Below, piece after piece: positions 23,701 to 33,949 of a stretch of DNA of 64,000 nt; within the stretch, counting starts at the first letter, position 1, and each line of letters starts with the position of its first letter. Below the pieces are notes generated by a model, which was not told the DNA's origin, did no database searches, and saw nothing but the letters and a program-made list of their open reading frames with translations. Where the stretch lies: the NCBI GenBank assembly GCA_032718475.1, contig JAUCBJ010002096.1:1-64000 (forward strand), written 5' to 3'. Position numbers and translations under genes: made by a program. Source of the stretch: Nemertoderma westbladi (lineage: Eukaryota; Animalia; Xenacoelomorpha).

Positions 23701-26299
23701 AAAATTTTACAGCGAAGTCTATGTCCAAATGAGTAATTTTTGTATAAAAACATATGTTTACAGCGGTTGTCATGGTAACTGCAAAATAGAACAATCAAAT
23801 TCGGACGCAGAATAAGTTATATAGTGGGGGTAGGGGTTGGTCCCAAGTCATAACACCTTAACCTTAGGCTTCAAATTAACATTTTATAAATTTTAACATC
23901 TGTTTAGCCCGGTTGCCAAGGTAACTGGATTTTCTATTTAACCTCAATCAGCTCTGCTATGGACCTTATAGTTGAGTTGAGAAACCCCAAGTTTATATCT
24001 ATTATAGTTTTCCTACAAATAGAGTTATAAATATTGACTTGAAATACATAGACTTTTTTCTAAGTCCGTTGCCATGGAAACCAGATTTTTCCTGGATATG
24101 AGACCCAGTCCAAAAGATGCGCCTCGACGAGTAGTACATACATGCAAAATTTCAGGGTACTTTTAAAGGCTAGTTTTTGCTGGACTTAAAAAAAAACTAA
24201 TCTGCCCCATACAAGTAAAATAGCCCACTATGAATAGACCATCTCAGCTAAGGAAAATCTTTCTTAGCGAAAGTAGTTGATTTTCCTTAGCTTCGTGGAT
24301 ATACGAGAAAGGCATTTCCGAAAGGAAATGCAACCACGAAGCTAAGGAAAATTAAACAAACGGCCACACTTTGGTTCGTTGCTTAGCCTCGTTTAGTAGC
24401 AATTGTCAATAATTAACTTATATTCCCATGGAAACTAGAGTTCTCTGGAACTGTTGCTTTAACCTTTGAAAAAAAATTCAGTACAGATTGTGGTTCAGAT
24501 AACACATACTGAGTTCCAGAAAATATTGTAGTTTATGTCCAAATTACCGATTTTCTATCAAAATGCATCTGTTTGCAGTGGTTGTCATGGAAACTAAAAA
24601 ATAGAACAATGTAATTCGGATGCAGAATAAGTCATATAGTGGGGGTAGGGGTTAGTCCCAAGTCATAATACTATTAACTTGTGCTTCAAATTATCATGTT
24701 ATAAATTTTAACATCTGTTTAGACTTGTTGCTATGGTAACTGTATTTTCTAATTAACCTCAAACGGCTTGGATATGGATCTTATAGATGAGTTGCAAAAC
24801 CCCAAGTTTATATATATTACAGTTTTGCTACAAATAGAGTTATCAATATAGATTTGAATGATATAGAGTTTAATAAACTACAGTTACCATGGTAACTAAA
24901 TTTCTGGAATAATTTAAGTTTCACTAAAAGTTCCAACTAGTGGTCCAGATAACACATACACAGTTTTGTAAAATTTTATCATGAAGTCTATGTCCAAATG
25001 AATAAGTTTTGAATAAAAACATCTGTTTTCAGCGGTTGTCATGGTAACTGAAAAATAGAACAATGTAATTCGGATGCAGAATAAGTTATATAGTGGGGGT
25101 AGGGATTGGTCCCAAGTCATAACACCTTGCCCTTAGGCCTCAAATTAACATTTTATAAATTTTAACATCTGTTTATCCCGGTTGCTAAGGTAACTGGATT
25201 TTCTATTTAGCCTCAATCGGATCTGCTATGGACCTTATAGTTGAGTTGCGAAACCCCAAGTTTATATCTATTATAGTTTTCCTACAAATAGAGTTATAAA
25301 TATTGACTTGAAATACACAGACTTTTTTTGAAGTCCGTTGCCATGGAAACCAGATTTTTCCTGGATATGAGACCCGGCCCAAAAGATGCGCCTCATCGAG
25401 AAGTATATACATGCAAAATTTCAGGGTACTTTTAAAGGCTCGTTTTTTCACCTATCAAAAAACCCCAAATCTGCTCCATACAAGTAAAATAGCCCACTAT
25501 GAATAGACCATCTCAGCTAAGGAAAATCTTTCTTAGCGAAAGTAGTTGATTTTCCTTAGCTTCGTGGACTAGAAAGGCATTTCCTTAAGGAAATGCAACC
25601 ACGAAGCTAAGGAAAATTAAACACACTTTGACTCATCAGTTCATTGGTTTACCTAGTTAAAAGTCATATGTCTTAATTAAACTCCCATTACCATGGCAAC
25701 TGGAGTTTTCTAGAACTGCTCTGTTTTACATTAAGATCAAGTTTGTGGTTCCAGGTGACACAAATTGACTTCAAGGAAGTTTCATTGAGTAGTCGATGTC
25801 CAAAATTAAAGATGTATTTTTGTTAAAACATCAGTTTGCAGTGGTTGTCTTGGAAACTGATAAATATAACAACGTTAATTGGATGCAGAATTGATGATAT
25901 AGTGGGGGTAGGGGTTGGTCCCAAGTCGTAATATCTTAATGTTATGGTTTAAATAATCATTTTATAACTAAATTTGGTAACTAAAACTGGTAACTAAATT
26001 TTCTAATTGACCTCAATAAGCGCAACTATTGTCCTTATCCTTGAGTTGAAAAACTTCAAGTTTCGATCTATTATGGTTGTTGTACAAATAGAGTTAATAA
26101 TATAGAATTTAATGTAATAGATTTTAATAAACTCCAGTTACCATGGTAACTAGATATTTCTAGAAGTTTTGAGTTTTTCAGAAAGTTCCAAATAGGAGTC
26201 CAGATAACACATACCCAGTTTCAGGGAATGTTATCGTTTAGTCTATGTACAAAATGAACAATTTTTGTGTCAAAACATCTGTTTTCAGCGATTGCCATG
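11721..26299 (-). mobile_element. Family 2: cluster of 12 co-oriented ~1.27 kb non-autonomous Helitron2/Helentron-like elements
   Basis: Units: U0 11721-12422 (partial), U1 12431-13697, U2 13900-15168, U3 15320-16592, U4 16596-17864, U5 17873-18012 + 19282-20391, U6 18013-19281 (nested), U7 20409-21681, U8 21781-23033, U9 23043-24299, U10 24304-25568, U11 25569-26299 (truncated). The plus-strand left end is C(T/G)AG-aaag, hairpin GCATTTCCT-aa-AGGAAATGC, then ccacgaagctaaggaaaat. The right end attttccttagcttcgtgga forms a 19-bp asymmetric IR, with a partial IR agctaaggaaaat just inside. The minus strand reads 5'-TC...CTAG/CTCG-3'. No TSD. The interior is about 2.3 copies of a ~460 bp subrepeat. 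Confidence 0.85.
18013..19281 (-). mobile_element. Family 2 copy U6 nested in copy U5
   Basis: The flanks ctgttggtttta|...|cctttgaaaaaagattcag rejoin to the intact sequence seen in U1-U3. It appears identical to U4 (offset 1417, identical ORF translations). Confidence 0.9.
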
Positions 26300-27844
26300 T
26301 GTAAAAGCTTTTGCTGAATTGCCCGGTTATTTTTCCTTATTTTTCCCGTAAAATACTCTGTAGTTGGTTTAATAGGCGTAAGAGGCCGTATTATTGCTGT
26401 ATCGGTGTTTTTAGAGGATCTAAGAGCTATTTCTTCCGTATGTGTACTGTGGAAGGCATAGTTGATGATTCTATGGCAATTCCGTGACGCAAAAGAGGCG
26501 AGATACTCTTGAACAGTAGTTACTATGACGACGGTTAACAGCTGACATTCATACATGTCGATTTTCTTTGTTCTACGGCATCTCTCAGTTCAGTCAACCA
26601 ATCAGAGCGTTTTTATGGCTCTTGTACAGAAATTTCCGAGAAATCACGTAATGCATTATGGGCAGTGTTATCATTCAGTCCTGAGCCAAGGAAGAACGGC
26701 TTTGGAGTATTTTTGTGCTTTTCTGCTTTAGCCTTACACTAGTAGGCTTAATTATAAGGACATATATCCGTTATCATAACATACCATACCTAATCAAACA
26801 ACCTGTGCATACCTTTATATTGTTATACTGCTATTTACTGTCGGTTCTTCATAATATGGTTGATGAATAATTATATTTGGAATAACAAGAAATAACCCCG
26901 AAAACCCAATATTCTTGATATACCGAAGGTAAGAGAGACAGGTTATATATAACGATTGCGACTTATGTTAAAGTGGTTTGAAGTGAATCTAATGTTATTC
27001 GATAGACCCTACATGAGTCGGTCTGTGTTCCTTTTATATGTGACTAAAATCAATGAAGATCGGCAGATTAGTGTGCAGTATTGTGCAGCGTTGTGTATGA
27101 GTGAGACTGATAACGAAGCATTTCCTAAAGAATGCGCCATATATGTGAATTGTAACTAAGCCATATCGTTGCGTGTAGTTTAAGTCATAACTCTGTTTAT
27201 ATAGATAGAGCGCCACGTCCTAAAGGAACTGTTAATATTCCCCGAAGGTGAATAATATTGTCAGAGATTATATAATACTGTCAGTCGAATAATACATTAG
27301 GCTTACATAGCAATAAGATTAAGCTGTCGAAATCAATCTCCCGGGTATATCCCACGGGTGAATGATCGCGCACAGATTGGTTTCAACTAGTGTAGTGAAT
27401 CAAATACTTGTTAGAGGCGACGGGATTAGATCCGGAAGTCGCGGAGTACATGCCGGTAGGTAGGCAAGAAGTGGATAGGCCTATATCGGTACCAGCACAG
27501 CAGCATGACTATAATATGCAGGGACATAACATATATCCAGGGGAGGGGAGAGTTATTGCAGATAGATGTATGGGCCCCAATATATTAACATCAACCCCAG
27601 TACCAAACATACCGGTGGGGGGGGGGGGGGGGGGGGCAGGGTGACATTCCCCCATTACAATATCAACAATACACTCAAACAGGAATAAGAACATCGAACC
27701 CCCTGGACGAGAACAGGTCGTGCGACACGGAAATATGGAGGGGGCCGTTACCCCCAATGATATATCCGACGCACAAAGAGGTCAACAGGCCCGACGGGCG
27801 GACCGCACCCAACAGGAGAATCTGTACAGCATCCCTCGAACCCA

Positions 27845-29881
27845 TTGGAAGCACAGGCAATGGGAATGGCGACACTAATCGATGCATTAAAGACCAGGAT
27901 CGAGTTACCACCAGTCGAGCCATTTAAATTCGACGGAAGTAGGCCGGAAGAATACCTGCAATTTCGGCGCATGTACAGCAACGAGATATTAAGTAAGAAC
28001 TTGACGCAGGCGGAGTGCCTAAAATATCTACAGGTATATACAGGAGGCCCAGCGTATGACATCGTGAGGCAGTATCAGGGCATCGAGGGCGGCTTCACGA
28101 CTGCATGGCGGGCGCTAGACAGGGAATACGGACACCCAGCCAAGATCATCCGGCAGACCCTGAGGGGTATAACATCGGGTGGCCTACAGGATAACCCCGT
28201 TAGCATAAAGACGTTTGCGAACAAAGTCGAGAAGGCGTTAATCGTGTTGAAGACGCTAGACGCGCCATACGAACTCAACGCATCTAATAACATCACCACG
28301 ATAGCGCAGGCACTGCCGATCTGGCTACGGAGCAAGTGGAGGAAGATCGCCTTCTCCACTCGGGAGAAGAAAGGTGCGGAGCCAGGGCTAGAGGAAATGT
28401 CAAACTTCCTCAACTACGAAGCCGAGTTGATCACAGACCCAGTCTATAGTGAGGATAGTTTGGGGAAGGCGCCAAAGACCGAATACAACAGGCCTAAACC
28501 CGAACACAATCCTGCAGATCCATTCCCGAGAGTAAGACAGTCGCTACCACACGCGGCCACACAGGGGGCTACAAGCCCACAGTTAGCTGGGAGTAGGGCC
28601 ACACCGTGGCAGGGACAGAAAGAAAATAACACCACAAATAAACATAATCCCAACATACCCAGTAGGCCGAGTCTAGATAACCAAAACACTAAATCGGTAG
28701 ATATAAACCTACGCGCGATACGTGAAGGACTATACAGGGAACGCTATAATCCAGGATTCGAATGTCAATTACATCGGGACGGAACCCATAAGACCATGAG
28801 TTGTAAGCACTGGCAAGCGTTGCCCAAACAAGATCGTATAGCCTACACAGACGCAAACGGACTATGTCATCGATGTGTGGTAGAAGGACACAGATCCGGA
28901 GAGTGTAGAGAAACAGCAATAGGAGACGATGAGACTGGAGGCCAAACAATGGCTACAAGCACGACAGGAGCAAGAAGAAAGAGGAAAGTACTACTCGGGG
29001 TAGTACCAGTGAAGATATCAGGAAAGGGCGGTCGATCAGTAACGACATTAATGCTGGTCGACAGCGGAGCAGCCTTCACGCTGGTGGAGAATTGGGTGGC
29101 CGAAGAGATAGGGCTAAAGACGAGGCCGAATAGGATGGCGGTAACTACCGTCTCAAGTAAGGATGAGGTCCTGGAGATGAGGACGGGACGGTGCAAGATA
29201 GCAGCGATAGCACCGGGATGCGATTATGGGGCGACGATCGACCCCATCCACGTGATAGAATCGATAAATATCAACGCCAGGCGACCAACCAACATTGAAG
29301 TCGAACAATATAGATTCCTGGACAGTATCGATTTCTCAATACCAGAGGTGGACGTTAGGAAGGTATCCATTATAGTAGGAATGGACTGCCCGACGGCCCA
29401 CGAGAGAATGCAGACGGTCTTCGGCGAAGACAGACAGCGGGATCCGACGGCGATCCTCACGCCGTTCGGATGGACGCTTAGCGGCCCAGTTAAAACCAAG
29501 ATTCCATCCAGGGTGACGGAGACATCAGGGTGCATGTTACCAGGCACCGTAGACGCAGAGGACGAAGAGAAGAAACCGGAGATGGTAGATGAGCCAGACG
29601 GGGAAGTAACAGTAGGAGAGTGGGCGGAGGAGAATGGATTTGACGCGGAAGACTTAGAGGCAATGGGATGGAACAAGGGTCCCAGCAAGTATCGGTATGG
29701 GGATGGAGAGGAGCGGACGGCGAGATGTCCGGAGGACAACCCGGAGGAGCGGACGGCGAGATGTCCGGAGGACAAGTCCGGAGGAGTGTCCGGAGGAGTG
29801 TCCGGAGGAGTGTCCAGAGGAGTGTCCGGAAGAGACGCCGGTCCGGTTGAGAGGCATACCGACAAGGGGGAGGTCGAGTAA
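27845..29881 (+). CDS. BEL/Pao Gag plus aspartic protease polyprotein (678 aa; first ATG at 27860)
   Basis: DUF1759-like FKFDGSRPEEYLQF...YLQVYTGGPA...AWRALDREYG, and LPIWLRSKW. Zinc knuckles CQLHRDGTHKTMSC and CHRCVVEGHRSGEC. Protease LVDSGA...IIVGMD. Pao-typical TPFGWTLSGP. Ends in an acidic, repetitive tail with no RT. Confidence 0.85.
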   Translation: MEAQAMGMATLIDALKTRIELPPVEPFKFDGSRPEEYLQFRRMYSNEILSKNLTQAECLKYLQVYTGGPAYDIVRQYQGIEGGFTTAWRALDREYGHPAKIIRQTLRGITSGGLQDNPVSIKTFANKVEKALIVLKTLDAPYELNASNNITTIAQALPIWLRSKWRKIAFSTREKKGAEPGLEEMSNFLNYEAELITDPVYSEDSLGKAPKTEYNRPKPEHNPADPFPRVRQSLPHAATQGATSPQLAGSRATPWQGQKENNTTNKHNPNIPSRPSLDNQNTKSVDINLRAIREGLYRERYNPGFECQLHRDGTHKTMSCKHWQALPKQDRIAYTDANGLCHRCVVEGHRSGECRETAIGDDETGGQTMATSTTGARRKRKVLLGVVPVKISGKGGRSVTTLMLVDSGAAFTLVENWVAEEIGLKTRPNRMAVTTVSSKDEVLEMRTGRCKIAAIAPGCDYGATIDPIHVIESININARRPTNIEVEQYRFLDSIDFSIPEVDVRKVSIIVGMDCPTAHERMQTVFGEDRQRDPTAILTPFGWTLSGPVKTKIPSRVTETSGCMLPGTVDAEDEEKKPEMVDEPDGEVTVGEWAEENGFDAEDLEAMGWNKGPSKYRYGDGEERTARCPEDNPEERTARCPEDKSGGVSGGVSGGVSRGVSGRDAGPVERHTDKGEVE

Positions 29882-30365
29882 GAAGACAGGATGGAGAGGG
29901 GTAGGATTACTATTGTTCGTTCTGTTCTATCTATTCTTCCGATTTCCTTTCATTCTGCCGCCGGGAGACCAGATGAAGGGTGGCATTTTGCTGCCAGGAG
30001 ATCAGGAAGTTAAGAAGGCGGCGGAGAGACCCGATTTTAGGGTGGCGGAAGAGGGAGAACCAATTCCTGGTGAGTTGGAATTGGCGAGGAAAGTGGGCGA
30101 AGACTAAGAGGACGTACAGGGGGGCAGTGGGAGAGTGCCTCTTGGAAGAATCGCCCTAGTGAGGCACCTTAGAGTTTAGTCGTCCAATATTTTGGACTGA
30201 GGGGGGTGGGAATGAGGGCGTGACGCCCTTCCCACACAAATTAATTATTTAAATAAAAATAATTAAATAATAAAATAAGTCAGTAGAAACTAATAGTTAG
30301 AAGAGTTAGTAAGTAGAAAGTTAGTAGAAGTAAGTTAGTTAGAAAGTTAGGTAGAAGTTAATAAA

Positions 30366-30850
30366 GTTAGAAGTCGGCGATTATAGGGAGTGTGGTATAT
30401 AGACATACCACGGGAGTTGGGGGGTACGTGGTACTGTTAGAAGTCAGCGGGTATAGGGAGTGTGGTAGATAGACATACCACGGGAGTAGGAGGGTACGTA
30501 GTACTGGGAGAGTTAGAAGTTGGCGGGTATAGGGAGTGTGGTATATAGACATACCATGGGAGTAGGAGGGTACGTAGTACCGGGAGAGTTAGAAGTCAGC
30601 GGGTATAGGGAGTGTGGTATATAGACATACCAAGGGAGTAGGAGGGTACGTAGTACCGGGAGAGTTAGAAGTCGGCGGGTAAGGGAGTGTGGTATATTGA
30701 CATGCCACGAGTAGTAGTAGAGTGGTTGTGGGCACCGAAAGCGCCACGTAGAAAGTAGTAGTAGAGGGGTTGTGGGCACCGAAAGCGCCACGTAGATGGA
30801 GGTAGTAGCAGAGTGGTTGTGGGCACCGTAAGCGCCACGTAGAAAGTAGT
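30366..30850. repeat. ~70-75 bp tandem repeat (~4.5 copies) followed by a ~43 bp repeat (3 copies), within an (AGTTAG)-rich tract at 30280-31300
   Basis: Units gttagaagtcggcgggtatagggagtgtggtatatagacatacc... and gtagtagagtggttgtgggcaccgaaagcgccacgtaga. Confidence 0.9.
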
Positions 30851-31361
30851 AAGCAGAGTAGACTTAGTAGAGTTAGGAGTTAGAGACTTAGAAGAGTTAG
30901 TAGAAGTTAGTTAGAGAACTAGTTAGGAGTTAGAGATTTGGTAGAGTTAGAGAGTTTTAGTTAGAGAACTAGTTAGAGTTAGTAAACTTAGAAGAGTTAG
31001 TAGGAGTTAGTTAGAAAGCTAGTTAGAGTTAGTAGAATTAGAGAGTTAGATAGTAAGTAGTTAGCAAGTAAGTAGTAGGCAGATAGAATGATAGCACAGT
31101 GTAGATAGCATAAGAGATTCAGCGCCTTTAGGAATAGAGGAGTATGGAGAGGAGCTGCTGGCGAGAGAGAGTGCAGACGAGTGCAATTCAGGTGTGGGGA
31201 GAGAGTAAGAGCAGAGTAAGAGCAAAGTAAGAGCAAAGTAAGAGCGGAGTTAGAGTGGAGTTAGAGGAGAGTTAGAGTGAGAGGTCAGAGTTCAGAGTGA
31301 GAGCTTTTAAAATTGTGTGAGAATCCACAATTGTCTCGACACGAGACGCCAGATGTCTTGG

Positions 31362-32126
31362 TGTAACATAGGTTGCAGTTGCACCAAGAGATGGTAGTGA
31401 CATCATACCCATAGGGAGCAGCCTGGAAAGCCGACTCCAAAAGTAAGAGAACTCCACCCCACACCCGATAGTAGATCGGGTTTCCAGCGGAATTGAAGCG
31501 CACTCAGAGAGGTTGATGCTATCTTCTCACCGGGAAGATAGCATGGGGGGAGTGTGAGCGGATTCAATTCCGCCTCACCATCCCCCATAAAGTGGGAAGT
31601 GGCGCCTTTAAGCAATATTGGGGATACGAGGTTAATCCCCAATTAACCTCGTATCACACACCCAATAAACGGGGACAACAAACCCGAAGGGCCACACAAA
31701 GGGAGGTCAGAGGTTAAACCTCCGGGAGAGGAAAGTGACAGCAGCGAGGGGGGAAACACTCCCACAGAGGTGAGAGCCGAGAATTCGGTTATTGGCCAAT
31801 CAGAGCCAGGAAATGCACCCGCTAAGTAATCAGGCCACAAGTACAGTAGGTAATCAAATATATTACCGGTTAGTGCTTGTGCCCCTTTCAGTCATCTCAG
31901 TCACACAGTGGGGACCAGTGACATTTTGTACTGTCACCGTTACTGTCAGATTATCTCATTACTGCTGTACTGCAACTGCATTATCTATATTACCGTGCTA
32001 TCATATATCTCATTACCGTTAATCTATAACAATATCAAGACAATAACAACAACAAACTATCTTCTTTCCAACAACGCGGTGACGCGTAACTTAATTCACC
32101 GGTCGGGATCCCCTGATCCCGTCACA
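31362..32126. mobile_element. Possible solo LTR
   Basis: TGTAAC...GTCACA termini, CCAAT motif (attggccaatcag) and internal hairpins. Its right end abuts the truncated MULE ORF. No TSD seen. Confidence 0.3.
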
Positions 32127-32142
32127 TGTACGACAAGTTGAG

Positions 32143-33949
32143 TTGAGTGGAATTCGAAAGGTTCTAGAGACCATTCTGATGTTGAACTTTATATTAATTA
32201 ATGATCCACTTATGAAACTGTGCAAGAAAATGCAAGTTAATTCACAATTTATTAGACATATTGCTCTTTCTCCATACTTAACTGTGGTAATCACCAAAGA
32301 TTGGCAATTAGATTTAATAGTAAAGAATTGTTGTAATCCGGAAATATTTACACCAATTTGCATTGACATAACTTTTAATTGCGGAGCCTTTTGGGTGTCT
32401 ACGACTTCATTTAAAGAACACACCTTAATCACATTGCGCCGTCACCAACCAACACGTATTCCACGCCCAAAATTCATTCATACAAGAAAACTAGAATCAA
32501 CTCATGAAATATTTGTCCTTCAGCTACTTCAAATTAAGCCTGAGTTTCAGAATCTCCGCACAATGGGTTGTGACTGAGAAATTGCAATAATTAACGCGTG
32601 GAGTAAATGGATACCATTGCTTGTTCTTCCATGCTATCTACACCTCCAAAATGACATAATATGCAAACTTTCCGAATTGGGCTTGTCGCCATTGTGCGGA
32701 GAAGTCCTTATTGATTTGCATTGATATACTTTGGATAAATTTGAGAATGATAGCGCAGGTTTGAGTGAATTGTGGGATGAAATGGAGGCCAGGATTAAAC
32801 AAACAACAAATTTTTCATCTTATTTTAAACAGTACATAGCGAATGACGTATTTTCCATGTTTTCTCTGAACCATTGTACTGCCTGCGGCTTGGCCAGTGG
32901 TGAATTTTTTCATAATCAAGGGGAAGAATCTCTTCATGCTGAAATTAAATTATGGACAAACAAGAAACTCTTAGATATATGCTTATTTGTGGATAAGATG
33001 GAAGAGTTCATGGACAAATTTAAAATCGATATTGACATGTCCCTCATAGGACGTGGGTGTACAGATTATCTGAATATTATAATTATTTGCAAGGGATCCT
33101 ATAGAATCACTACTGAACCTGAAGAGATTAGATTACGTCATATAAATTTGTTCTGTAATACAACACTAATACCTGAGTCTGATCAGATAGAAACTAACAA
33201 AGATAATGATCTTCCTTTACATCCAGGTCTTCCAGATACCAGAGAATTTATAAGCATGTGGAGAAAAGCTGCACAATTCGTTGTGAATTTAGAAGGTGAT
33301 TTGTCTGAATTCGCACTAACAACCTGTGGATCAGGTGGGTCATATAAATTGGTGCGAAGGTTTAAATCTGGTTCTTACCGTTGTCTATCGTGCCCACTCT
33401 TTAGGAAGCTACATATATGCTGCCATACCATAGCTTTCGCAGCATTTATGAAGGACACAGAGCAACTTATTGCGTGGTGGAACTCCCACTGGACTCTGGA
33501 CAAACTTGTAGAAATATCTGCTGCCAGCAGTGTTGGTTTAAAAGGCCTGACTTCTCGGTCCAGATACAAAACTAAACAGTCTATTAAACCGTCTCAATTA
33601 AAAAAAGTTCTTCATTGATTCAATAAACAATAGCCGCTCCTATAAATGTTTTGGATGTACAGGTTTTATTAGAAAGTCTGTGGGCCTGCAGGTTCGCTCC
33701 CCCCCCCCCCCCCCCCCCCCCGACGATTTGGTCTTGAAGACCTGGGAACGTAGGTCCTTTCAAGACCCTAAAACTCAAGTACTGAAAATGACTATTACCA
33801 AAGAGATTGTGACTTTTCATCTTAATATAAACTGCATTAAGATGAAGTACACCAACTTTACACTCAATGATGTGTTTATTCATGATAGTTTTTACCGAAT
33901 TCTAGGTAACCAGCAGATAGAAAAACTGAGAAATTTTGGTATTGTGTAA
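32143..33949 (+). pseudogene. Mutator-like (MULE) DDE transposase with SWIM zinc finger, inactivated
   Basis: One frame reads ICIDITFNCGAFWVST ... TMGCD*EIAIINA...PCYLHLQNDIICKL ... NQGEESLHAEIK ... SWIM CLSCPLFRKLHICCH, with in-frame TGA stops at 32575 and 32722. After a frameshift near 33615 it continues YKCFGC...PPDDLVL...FHLNINCI. Confidence 0.8.

Larger units (their letters stand above)
26300..31330 (+). mobile_element. BEL/Pao-type LTR retrotransposon derivative with gag-protease only; boundaries approximate
   Basis: Starts with TGTAA exactly where Family 2 U11 breaks off. LTR-like leader with a CCAAT box (~26598), gag-PR ORF, polypurine tract gaggggggtgggaa followed by TG at ~30213, then a purine-skewed LTR-like region. 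No matching LTR pair or TSD found. Confidence 0.6.

Noticed and set aside
11786-25451. Recurrent short minus-strand ORFs (MTWDQPLPP..., MYILLDEAHLLGR...)
   Set aside because: Stops and frames differ between copies. The DEAH-like word has no accompanying helicase motifs.
11721-26299. CRISPR array (repeat plus unique spacer layout)
   Set aside because: The repeats are 1.27 kb transposon-like units, spacers vary from 0 to 202 bp, there are no cas genes, and the context is eukaryotic.
26300-32126. A single intact LTR element with paired LTRs and TSD
   Set aside because: TG...CA ends exist, but the two terminal regions share no visible similarity and the flanks are not duplicated.
32575-32724. 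TGA recoding (Sec/Trp) in the MULE ORF, since both in-frame stops are TGA
   Set aside because: The first stop replaces the expected Gly of a G.DGE-like motif (GGA>TGA), a frameshift also occurs near 33615, and Trp is encoded by TGG elsewhere. This is simple decay.
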